From an uncultured Desulfovibrionaceae bacterium (GTDB lineage: Bacteria > Desulfobacterota > Desulfovibrionia > Desulfovibrionales > Desulfovibrionaceae), in assembly GCA_964455395.1 (NCBI GenBank), contig CAYVWB010000010.1:13731-77730 (forward strand): a DNA stretch of 64,000 nt, read 5' to 3'. Both the position numbers and the translations under genes were made by a program. Of the stretch, positions 17,461 through 25,740 are shown in pieces. Positions within the stretch are counted from its first letter, which is position 1, and every line of letters begins with the position of its first letter. The notes under the pieces were generated by a model. The model was not told where the DNA came from, made no database searches, and was given only the letters and a program-made list of their open reading frames with translations.

Positions 17461-20400
17461 CTACACGTCCGCAGCGGCGGTCTCGTCCTGGTCTTCGGGC
17501 GCAGTTTCGGCGTGGCGCGCCTTGCGGGCCTCGCGCCATTCGCGCAGCTGCTCCAGGATGTCCCACTCCACGGGGACGATGAAGAGCGTCAGCGCCGTGG
17601 CGGTGAACAGCCCCGTGACGAAGGTGGAGGCCATGGCGCCCCAGACGAGGGAATAGTCCGGAAAACCGATGGCCATGGGCAGCAACCCCAGGGAGGTGGT
17701 GAGCGTCGTCAGCAGGATGGGCCGCAGCCGCACCTGAACGCCTCGTCGGATGGCTTCCGCGCGGGAAGCTCCCTCCGCGCGCACACGATTCATGAAATCC
17801 ACCAGCACCAGGGAATCGTTCACCACCACGCCCGTGACACCCACCGTGGCGATGAAGCTGTTCACCGTGAAGAGCGACTGCGTCACCAGCTTGCCGAAGA
17901 CCACGCCGATGAGCGAAAACACCACCGCCGAAAGGATGATGAGTGGTTGCAGATAGCTGCGGAACTGGTTCGCCAATATAAGATAGATGAGCAGCACCGC
18001 GATGACGAAAGCGTACGCCAGGGACGCATACGACCGCTGCGTGGACTCGAAGTCCCCGCCGAATGCCACTTGCGCGCCGGGGTGTTCCGCTTTGATGGTT
18101 TGGTAGAAGGCTTTGATCTCGTTGACGATGACCGGTACGGAGACGTGCGCCGGCGCGCCGGGAGCGACATTCGCGCTGATGGTGACGGAGCGTTCGCCGT
18201 CGTAGCGGATGAGGTAGGCCGGCTCCGTGTAGGCTTCCAGCCGCGCCAGATCCCCCAGCCGCACGGGGCCGCTGGGGTGCTCCACCAGGGGGATGTTCAG
18301 CGCCATGTCCGGCGAGGTAAGGTACGCTGGCGAGAACCGCAGCTTCAGGTCCACATCCTCGTCCGTCAGGCGGTATTCGCCCACGTAGGCGCCGTCCAAC
18401 ACGCTGGCCGCCAGCCGAGCCACGCGGTCCGGCCGGATGCCGTACTCGGCGGCGCGGGCTTCGTCGATACGCAGATGATAGACGCGGTTGGGCTGCGCCG
18501 TGTCCGCGTTCAGCTCCGTCAAATGGGGCGCATAGCGCTCCGCATCGCGAATCCACCCGAGCAGGGCGTCGGCCAGGCTCTCCACGCTCTGGGGGTTCTG
18601 GCCCAGCACCCGCACGGAGAGGTCCTTGCCGCCGGGCGGGCCGCTCTTCTCCGCGCGCAGACGGTACGTCCAGCCCTCCTTGGCGAAGGCCTCCTTGACC
18701 CGCGTGCGCATGTTTTCCAGGTGGATGAGGGGGTCGTTGCCGGGGGCGTTGCGGAAGTCCTGCAACTCCTTGGCGGGCAAGGTGACAACCACGTAGCCGT
18801 AGTTGTCGCCGAAGACCATCTCGTAGTCCTCGTTCAGATAGAATCCCGCAAAGGCCAGCGCGCTTTCAGCCATGGAGGGGCCATCCGCCATGACGAACTC
18901 CGAAATGTCGCGCAGCGTGGCGGCCACCTCGGTGTTGGGTGTGGAAGCCGGGCCCTCGGCGATGATGTAGTAGAGGTTGTAGTCGTCCGGGAAGAACTTG
19001 ATGCGGATGAGCGGCGCCGCCCCCGTGATGGAAGCCGCCAGCATGCCGATGGCGGCCACGAACAGCACCAGCACCACCCCCAGGCTGAGGAACCGCCGGC
19101 GCAAGGTGAACCGCGTGATCCAGTTGGTGAACCGCCGGCACAAGGCGATGACGAAGTTGTCGCGGTCCTCGTCCGGGATCTTGCTGTGGCGGCGTGGACC
19201 GTGGGAGAGATAGTGGATGGGCAGGATGAAGAGGCATTCGAAGAGCGAGGCGATGAGCGCGAAGGTGATGGCGATGGGGATCTGCGCGAAGAACTCCCCT
19301 GTGGTCCCCGTCATGATGAGCATGGGAAGAAACGCTGCGCCCGTGGTGAGGGTGGCGCTCACCACGGGGAAGAACACCTCCGAAGCGCCGTTGACGATGG
19401 CTTCCCGCAGGGGCTCGCCTTCCTGCACGTGGCGGTAGATGTTCTCCACCACCACGATGGCGTCGTCCACGATGATCCCGGAGACGAGTACGAAGGAAAA
19501 GAGCGTGATTTCGTTGAGTGAATTCCCCGTGAAGTACATCAACGTCATGGTGACGAGGAAAGCGAAGGGGATGCCTACCGTGGTGAGCGCCGCATTGCGA
19601 AAGCCCATGAAATACCAGATGAGGAAAGCCACCAGCACGATGCCCACAAGCAGGTTCATGCCCAGAGTGGAGATGGCGTCCTTGATGTAGACGGTGGAGT
19701 CCTGGCTCAGCACCAGATCCACGCCTTCATCGGCGAGCCGGGGGCCGAAGCTCGCCGTCACCTCGGCCACGGCGTTCTTGATGTCCAGGGCGTTGCCGTT
19801 CTCCGTCTTGATGACTTGCAAGGAGACGGAAGGCCGACCGTTCACCGACGTGATGACAGAGGGGTCGCGGTAGTCCAGCACCGCCGCGCTGATGACGTCC
19901 TCCACCCGCACGAAGGAGCCGTCGCCGTCGCGCCGCACGATGGTCTCCACCACGTCCTGCCGGCTGCGGAAGCGTTCGTCCACCTTCACCACGAATTTGG
20001 CGGCTTGGGCGTCCCCCGTGGTGTAGTCCCCCGCAGGAATGGAGACGTTGGCGTGCGTCAGCGCGGAGACCACATCGTCGTAGGTCACGCCGAGGCGCGT
20101 CATCTTCTCCGGGTCCAGATAGACATGGAACTCGCGCTCGTACTCGCCTTGCAGCTTCACCTCCTGCACGCCGGGGATCTGCCGCAAGGCTATCTTCATC
20201 TCCTCCGCCATCAGGGAGAGCGCGCGGTTGGAGCGGTCCCCCGCCAGATTCACGGCCACCACGGGGAGCCAGTCCGAGGTCTCGATGTTGGTGAACTCGG
20301 GCGGATCGATGCCGTCAGGCAAGTCCTGCAGGATGGAGAGCACCTGGAAGCGCAGCTCGTCATAGAGGCGCTCGTACTCCGAGTCGTCCACGAATTTCAC

Positions 20401-20679
20401 GAGGATGGAGCTGGACTCCTGATAGGAGGTGGAGCGGATGAACTCCACGTCCTCCACATCCTCCAGCGCATCCTCGATCTTGTTGGTGATGAGCGTCTCC
20501 ACTTCTTCAGCGGAAGCGCCCGGATAGACCGTGGTGATGACCACCTTGCCGAAGTTGATGAGGGGGTAGCGCTCGATGGGCATGGCCACCAAGGCGTACG
20601 CTCCCACCACCATCAACAGCACGAAGACGAGATTGAACAGGACCTGTTGCTGCAGGGAGTATTCGACGACAGCTTTCAC
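17461..20679 (-). CDS. RND (AcrB/AcrD/AcrF family) inner-membrane efflux transporter
   Basis: 1072 aa. The N-terminus (SLQQQVLFNLVFVLLMVVG...ERYP) and the 12-TM, two-large-loop layout are typical of ACR_tran proteins. Confidence 0.9.
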   Translation of the reverse strand: MKAVVEYSLQQQVLFNLVFVLLMVVGAYALVAMPIERYPLINFGKVVITTVYPGASAEEVETLITNKIEDALEDVEDVEFIRSTSYQESSSILVKFVDDSEYERLYDELRFQVLSILQDLPDGIDPPEFTNIETSDWLPVVAVNLAGDRSNRALSLMAEEMKIALRQIPGVQEVKLQGEYEREFHVYLDPEKMTRLGVTYDDVVSALTHANVSIPAGDYTTGDAQAAKFVVKVDERFRSRQDVVETIVRRDGDGSFVRVEDVISAAVLDYRDPSVITSVNGRPSVSLQVIKTENGNALDIKNAVAEVTASFGPRLADEGVDLVLSQDSTVYIKDAISTLGMNLLVGIVLVAFLIWYFMGFRNAALTTVGIPFAFLVTMTLMYFTGNSLNEITLFSFVLVSGIIVDDAIVVVENIYRHVQEGEPLREAIVNGASEVFFPVVSATLTTGAAFLPMLIMTGTTGEFFAQIPIAITFALIASLFECLFILPIHYLSHGPRRHSKIPDEDRDNFVIALCRRFTNWITRFTLRRRFLSLGVVLVLFVAAIGMLAASITGAAPLIRIKFFPDDYNLYYIIAEGPASTPNTEVAATLRDISEFVMADGPSMAESALAFAGFYLNEDYEMVFGDNYGYVVVTLPAKELQDFRNAPGNDPLIHLENMRTRVKEAFAKEGWTYRLRAEKSGPPGGKDLSVRVLGQNPQSVESLADALLGWIRDAERYAPHLTELNADTAQPNRVYHLRIDEARAAEYGIRPDRVARLAASVLDGAYVGEYRLTDEDVDLKLRFSPAYLTSPDMALNIPLVEHPSGPVRLGDLARLEAYTEPAYLIRYDGERSVTISANVAPGAPAHVSVPVIVNEIKAFYQTIKAEHPGAQVAFGGDFESTQRSYASLAYAFVIAVLLIYLILANQFRSYLQPLIILSAVVFSLIGVVFGKLVTQSLFTVNSFIATVGVTGVVVNDSLVLVDFMNRVRAEGASRAEAIRRGVQVRLRPILLTTLTTSLGLLPMAIGFPDYSLVWGAMASTFVTGLFTATALTLFIVPVEWDILEQLREWREARKARHAETAPEDQDETAAADV

Positions 20680-20824
20680 GCAAGGCCTCCGACGAGTCGC
20701 GGCTGGCGGTTCGGGCTCATGAGCTCAACCTCCAACTCCTACCCCATTCCTGCCGGAAAGGGAACTCGCATTCACGTGAACTGTCGCAGGAATCCGAAGC
20801 GAAGCCAGTCTGGCGCGCCACCAC

Positions 20825-21298
20825 TCAGCGCAGCTGAAACGCCAGAAACGGCGTCACCGCCAGACGCCCCAGGGTCAGCCACCGCTGGTGCGGCGTCACC
20901 CGCGGGAGGAACTCCGGAACCGGCGCCCACGTCACGGCCAGCGCCATGACCCACGCCGCCGTGACGTCTCCCGCCAACACGCCGAAGAAGCTCCCCACGA
21001 ACGCCAAGCCGCACCCGAACGCCAACAACAGCTTCGTCACCAGAAAGAGAATGGCCACGGCGTGACGCGTCTCCAGCGCCGAAGCGAGCAGGAAGAGGAC
21101 CGCCAGCGTCACCCACACCCACCACTCCTCCTCCTGATACCCCGAGGTCGACAGCGGGATCAGCGTGATGAGCGCAAGCGCATACCATGTGGAGCGGTAC
21201 GCCCATCGCTCCAGCAGGCTGAACACCAGATGCGTTTCCACCTGACGCGCCAGCCACGGGGCTTCCAGAAGCGCATGGAGACGATGAAACGGATGCAT
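20825..21298 (-). CDS. small integral membrane protein, unknown function
   Basis: 157 aa with about 4 hydrophobic spans. It sits 27 nt downstream of the UbiA gene on the same strand. No recognisable motif. Confidence 0.5.
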   Translation of the reverse strand: MHPFHRLHALLEAPWLARQVETHLVFSLLERWAYRSTWYALALITLIPLSTSGYQEEEWWVWVTLAVLFLLASALETRHAVAILFLVTKLLLAFGCGLAFVGSFFGVLAGDVTAAWVMALAVTWAPVPEFLPRVTPHQRWLTLGRLAVTPFLAFQLR

Positions 21299-21325
21299 GG
21301 CGGCGCCAGACGAAAGAGCAGAGGG

Positions 21326-22231
21326 TTACATGACAGCGCCCAGGATATACCCAAGCGCATAGAGTGCAATCATCAGCGTCATCAACAGCATGTACCGCAG
21401 CTGGGCCCCCGCCGAATGCGCGATGTCTCCCAGCGTGAACACCATGGCGAGGAGCAGGGCGAGGCATCCCCCCTGGAAGGCCCCGGCCCACGGCCCCTGC
21501 CACGGGGTGAACAGCACGGAGCTGGACACCGCGCCGAACGCCAGGACAAGAGCCGTTCCTGCCGCAAAACGCACGCCGCCCATGGTGGCCACGGTGCGCT
21601 TGCCTGCGTCACGGTCTGCGGGGACATCCGGCAAGGAGGTGGCGATGCTGCTACAGGTGTGGAGGATCATGAAAGGAATGAGCAGAAGCCAGGGGAATTC
21701 GCCAAAGCCGTCGGCTTGGGCGTAATAGGCCATCACGGGGAGCAGGCCGCCGCAGCCCAGACCTTGCAAGAGTTCACCGCCGCCGCGATAGTTCAGCCGC
21801 CACGGCGGAGCGCTGTACAGCGCGATCAGCATGAGCCCCCCGAGGGCCATGGGAAGAAAGAGCGGTCGGCCAAGCCAAGTGACGACCCCGGCAAGGCACA
21901 GCACCCCCGCTGCAGCGTAGACGCCAGCGCGCTTCAGCTGTGCTGGCGTCAAGTCGCCGTCGGGCAGCACGCGGGAGCCCCCGGAAAACATGGTGTATCC
22001 TGTGTTGATGGCGTCGGCTTCGCGGTCGAAGTAGTCGTTCCAGAAGACGATGGCCAGCTGCTGCGCCCAGCCGTAGAGCATGACGAGCAGGAAGATATCC
22101 CACCGGATGGCGCCTGTGTCGGCATAGGCCAGCGCTTGGCCCAGCAGCAACGGCAGGACAAGATTGATGTTGGAAGGCGGACGGGACGCCTTCAGCCACA
22201 CCCGCAGCTCGGAACGGGGGGTGACGCTCAT
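21326..22231 (-). CDS. UbiA-family prenyltransferase
   Basis: Start MSVTPRSELRVWLKASRPPS. It carries the Asp-rich motif NDYFDREAD and multiple TM segments. The ATG overlaps the upstream stop (ATGA at 22228-22231). Confidence 0.8.
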   Translation of the reverse strand: MSVTPRSELRVWLKASRPPSNINLVLPLLLGQALAYADTGAIRWDIFLLVMLYGWAQQLAIVFWNDYFDREADAINTGYTMFSGGSRVLPDGDLTPAQLKRAGVYAAAGVLCLAGVVTWLGRPLFLPMALGGLMLIALYSAPPWRLNYRGGGELLQGLGCGGLLPVMAYYAQADGFGEFPWLLLIPFMILHTCSSIATSLPDVPADRDAGKRTVATMGGVRFAAGTALVLAFGAVSSSVLFTPWQGPWAGAFQGGCLALLLAMVFTLGDIAHSAGAQLRYMLLMTLMIALYALGYILGAVM

Positions 22232-24606
22232 GGGCTCTCCTGTGGGTTGGATGATCGCGACAGCCGACGCACTTCGCCGGACTGCCCGTCCACGCGGAGG
22301 ATGTCGCCGTTGGTGAAGCGGGTCACGGCGTCGGGAACGCCGGTGACGCAAGGGACGCCGTACTCACGCGCGATGATGGCGCCGTGCACCAGCATGCCGC
22401 CGCGTCGCTCCACGATGGCCGCAGCCAGCGGCGCCACGAAGGTCATGGCGGGGTCCACGGAGTCGCAGACCAGCACCTCCCCTTCGCGCAAGTCGAAGAG
22501 ATCGCCGCGGCGGCGCACCACGCGAGCCGGCCCCTCGGCCACGCCAGCGCTGGCCGGCTGACCGTGGACGACATCGCCCCCGGCGGTGGACATGCCGTTG
22601 CGGGCGCGCGCTTCCCGGCGGCGCGTCTCCAGCCGTTCCCGCAGGGCGGCGCGGCCCCGCAGCACGGCGGCCACGTCCTCAGGGGTGAGCAGCGCCAAGG
22701 CGCGTTGTGTGTTGCGTTTTGCATCAAGCATGTCTGCTGCATGGCGGAAAGCCATGGCGCCTTCGGAGGAAGCACGGGTGTCACGGATGGTAAACGAGTC
22801 GCCTGACTGTGTTTTCTTGTTCTCGATGATGGCGCTTGATGTGGTGCGATGTGCATCAGCGTGGTTCCGCAGACGCCGTCTTCCCTCACTCACGGCGTCC
22901 AGCAGTGCGGCCTCCACACGACCGAGAGCGAAGTTGTCGTCATCGCGGAGACGGAACGCCGCGCGCGCCAGATCCAGCAGTTCATGAGCGAAGGGCTGTT
23001 CCTCCTCGGAGAAAGCGGAGAAATAGCGAGATTCCAGGGATTCCCGGGAAAGGGAGCGGGACGGACGTGTGACGCGGTCGCTGGCGGCCATCCGGGCAAG
23101 CAGTTGCAACAGGGCGTGCTCGCCCTCCTCACACCACGCCTCATGACATGTCAGCGCCCCGAAATCATCCATGAAGTCGTCAAGTTCCCTGGTGAAGTCC
23201 ATGTCTGCGGCGGGGCGTTCGCCCGCTGCGGCCCGTTCTCTGGCGGTGGGGTTTTCCCGCAGGTGTTCGGCCAGCGCATGGAGCGCATTGTTGCGGCGTA
23301 CGCCTTCCAGCTGCTGGCCTGCAAGAAGATCCCTGAAGGCGAATGGGTCCTCGGGCTGCACGCGGTCGTTGTAGATCTGTCCGAAAAGCCGCACAGCGTG
23401 CGCAAGGGGCACACATTCCTCATAATAACGAGTCTTCCAGTGCTCGAAGGCGGCGCGGCGGTGGTCTATCTCTTCGGCCAACTCCTGGTCATCCAGGTCG
23501 GCGGGATGCAGCTCCACGAGTTCGGCTGCGGCGTCCTCCATGGCGGGCATCAATTCCTCCTCCACAGTGGCGCGGAGGCGTTTGAGTTGCGTGAAGCCGC
23601 GACGCAGGGAGAGCTCCCAGGGACGGCGGTCCTTGCGTTCCCAGGGGGCGCGCGGGTCTTCGTCGCCATTGCCGGCAGTGGTCTTGGAGGCGTCGCCCAG
23701 GGTGGTGATGGGTCGCGCCTGGAGCATGATGAAGTCGTCGCGCAGAAGCCACTCGATATCCGCGGGGCGCCCCAGGGCTTCCTCCCCCGTGAGGCACAGC
23801 CGGGCGAGCCGGCGGCGTTCATCCTCGGAGAGCGGGGGCGAGGCGTCCGAGGCCGGCGCGGCATGGTCGAGAAGGGCGAAGTCCTCACGGTCCAGCACCC
23901 AGCGCTCCGGCTCGACCTCCCCGGAAACCAGCGCCTCCCCTGCGCCGGCGTGCGCTTCAATGACGAGGCCTTGCGGCGCCGAGGCGTCTCCCATGGGATT
24001 GCGCGTGAAGCAGACGCCGGCGGCGCGGCCTTCGAGCATGGGGTGCACGAGACCGGCCATGGCGCTCGATTCCTGGTTGAGGCCCAACTCTCGGCGGTAG
24101 AGCAGCGCGCGGTCCGACCAGAGCGAGGCGAAGAGCGCCGGCAGCGTCGCCAGGAAATCGTCCGCATCGCGCACGTTCAAAAAGGAGTCGTGGAGGCCGG
24201 CGAAGGAGCCCCCGGCTGCGTCCTCGGCGGTGCTGGAGGATCGCAGCGCCAGTGGGTACAGTTCGGTGAAGCGCGTCCCGGCGTGGTCCAGGGCGCGGCG
24301 CAAGGCTGTGGCCACGTCCTCCGGCAGGGGGGCGCGCATGAAGCGGTTGCGGAGATCCAGGCTCAGGTCCCAGACGGCTTCCCACCGCATGGCGCGCAGG
24401 TCTTGCGCCAAGGCGTTGGCGATCACCTCGTCGAGGGTGTTGGCGGTGACAAAACGGCGGTAAGCCGCCGTGGTGACGACGAAGCCGTGATGGACCGGCA
24501 ACCCGGCTGTCGCCAGCGCGACGAGGCCGACGGCCTTGCCGCCCACGCGTTGCGCCAGGTCCTCTTCGAGTGAGAGGTCATCGGTCCAGAGCGTATAGGC
24601 TTCCAT
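22228..24606 (-). CDS. PEP-utilising-enzyme-like phosphotransferase (N-terminal PPDK_N ATP-grasp plus C-terminal swivel-His domain, no TIM-barrel domain)
   Basis: N-terminus VGGKAVGLVAL...LRSSSTAEDAAGGSFAGLHDSFLNV matches the pyruvate phosphate dikinase ATP-grasp domain. The extreme C-terminus GQPASAGVAEGPARVV...VERRGGMLVHGAIIAREYGVPCVTGV matches the mobile phosphohistidine domain. This layout resembles rifampin-phosphotransferase-like enzymes rather than PpsA. Confidence 0.75.
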   Translation of the reverse strand: MEAYTLWTDDLSLEEDLAQRVGGKAVGLVALATAGLPVHHGFVVTTAAYRRFVTANTLDEVIANALAQDLRAMRWEAVWDLSLDLRNRFMRAPLPEDVATALRRALDHAGTRFTELYPLALRSSSTAEDAAGGSFAGLHDSFLNVRDADDFLATLPALFASLWSDRALLYRRELGLNQESSAMAGLVHPMLEGRAAGVCFTRNPMGDASAPQGLVIEAHAGAGEALVSGEVEPERWVLDREDFALLDHAAPASDASPPLSEDERRRLARLCLTGEEALGRPADIEWLLRDDFIMLQARPITTLGDASKTTAGNGDEDPRAPWERKDRRPWELSLRRGFTQLKRLRATVEEELMPAMEDAAAELVELHPADLDDQELAEEIDHRRAAFEHWKTRYYEECVPLAHAVRLFGQIYNDRVQPEDPFAFRDLLAGQQLEGVRRNNALHALAEHLRENPTARERAAAGERPAADMDFTRELDDFMDDFGALTCHEAWCEEGEHALLQLLARMAASDRVTRPSRSLSRESLESRYFSAFSEEEQPFAHELLDLARAAFRLRDDDNFALGRVEAALLDAVSEGRRRLRNHADAHRTTSSAIIENKKTQSGDSFTIRDTRASSEGAMAFRHAADMLDAKRNTQRALALLTPEDVAAVLRGRAALRERLETRRREARARNGMSTAGGDVVHGQPASAGVAEGPARVVRRRGDLFDLREGEVLVCDSVDPAMTFVAPLAAAIVERRGGMLVHGAIIAREYGVPCVTGVPDAVTRFTNGDILRVDGQSGEVRRLSRSSNPQESP

Positions 24607-24609
24607 GGC

Positions 24610-25641
24610 TCAGTCCTGGAGGCGGAACCGGTCGCCAGCCCGGACGTTCGGCGCCGTGACGCGCACAAGACCGTCGGGGCCTTCACCGAGGAGAACCACC
24701 TTGAATTCCTCGCCGTCCTCGCGCGTTGCCCAGTATTCATCGTAGCGGCGTTGGAGCGTTTCGGGCGGCAGAAGGACGGTGTCGCGTGCGTCGGGAATCC
24801 GCATGGCGAGGGTGACGCGGCGTCCGCCCCGACGAACGGCGTCCTGCGCGGGGATCTCCAGTTCCACATGAATCTTGCGGGTTTCGGGGTTGAACCCGGG
24901 GGAGATGCGGCCCACGCTGGCGGTCACTTGTCCGGGTGGTTCCGTGGCGTCCGGCATGGTGAGGGCGATGGGGCCACGCTGGTTCATGAGCCACTCGTAT
25001 TCTTCCGGGGTGAGGGCGAACGGGACCACCAGGGTCCGGAAATCGCCGAGTTCACCCAGGGGTTCGCCCACGTTCACCCACTCGCCGGGTTCGATGCGCC
25101 GTTCCATCACGGTCCAGCCGGGAGGGGCGTTGATGACGAAGCGCGCGCGCTGTTCCTCCAGGCGTTCCTGTTCCACCTGGAGCGCGTCCAGCTGGTGTCG
25201 GGCTTCTTCCAGTTGGAGCTGCAGCTCGTCAAGCTGCGCCTGGGCGGCGCTGTCCCGGGTGACGAGCTCCTGATAGCGACGGGTTTCCTTGGTGAAGTAG
25301 GCGATGTTGGAGCGGAGCCGCGCTTGTTCCACCAGCACTTTTTCCAGGTCGAGGCGGGTGAAGGTGTCGTCCAGCACAGCGTAGACGCCCGTCCGACTGA
25401 TGACGTCGCCGACGTCTGCGCGCACCTCCAGCACCTTGCCGGCGAGTTCGCTGACCAGTGTCATGACGGCGCCGGCGCGGGTGAAGCCCACCAGGGTGAC
25501 GCTGCGGGTGGAGGGCTGGGCCGTCGCCACTGGGTGTGGTTCTGCTGCGGCGGCGTGGGGAGTTGGCGCCACGAAGCAGCTCAAGCAAAGGAGCAGCGTG
25601 GATCCAAGCACGGTCAGGCGAAGTGGTGTGGTCGTGGGCAT
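24610..25641 (-). CDS. RND efflux periplasmic adaptor (HlyD/MFP family)
   Basis: Signal peptide, a coiled-coil hairpin (QAQLDELQLQLEEARHQLDALQVEQERLEEQ), and barrel-like flanks. The stop is 3 nt from the next ATG. Confidence 0.8.
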   Translation of the reverse strand: MPTTTPLRLTVLGSTLLLCLSCFVAPTPHAAAAEPHPVATAQPSTRSVTLVGFTRAGAVMTLVSELAGKVLEVRADVGDVISRTGVYAVLDDTFTRLDLEKVLVEQARLRSNIAYFTKETRRYQELVTRDSAAQAQLDELQLQLEEARHQLDALQVEQERLEEQRARFVINAPPGWTVMERRIEPGEWVNVGEPLGELGDFRTLVVPFALTPEEYEWLMNQRGPIALTMPDATEPPGQVTASVGRISPGFNPETRKIHVELEIPAQDAVRRGGRRVTLAMRIPDARDTVLLPPETLQRRYDEYWATREDGEEFKVVLLGEGPDGLVRVTAPNVRAGDRFRLQD

Positions 25642-25686
25642 GGGCGCCTCGCACGGTGGCGTTGGGAAATGCGTGGGAGCGATGCG

Positions 25687-25719
25687 AAAAAAGGGGAACG
25701 GCCGGGTGGGCCGCTCCCC
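25687..25719 (-). terminator. intrinsic terminator after pnp
   Basis: The minus strand reads GGGGAGCGGCC-CACCC-GGCCGTTCCCC followed by T6. Confidence 0.7.
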
Positions 25720-25740
25720 CTTGGGATGCGCAGGGTGCGA

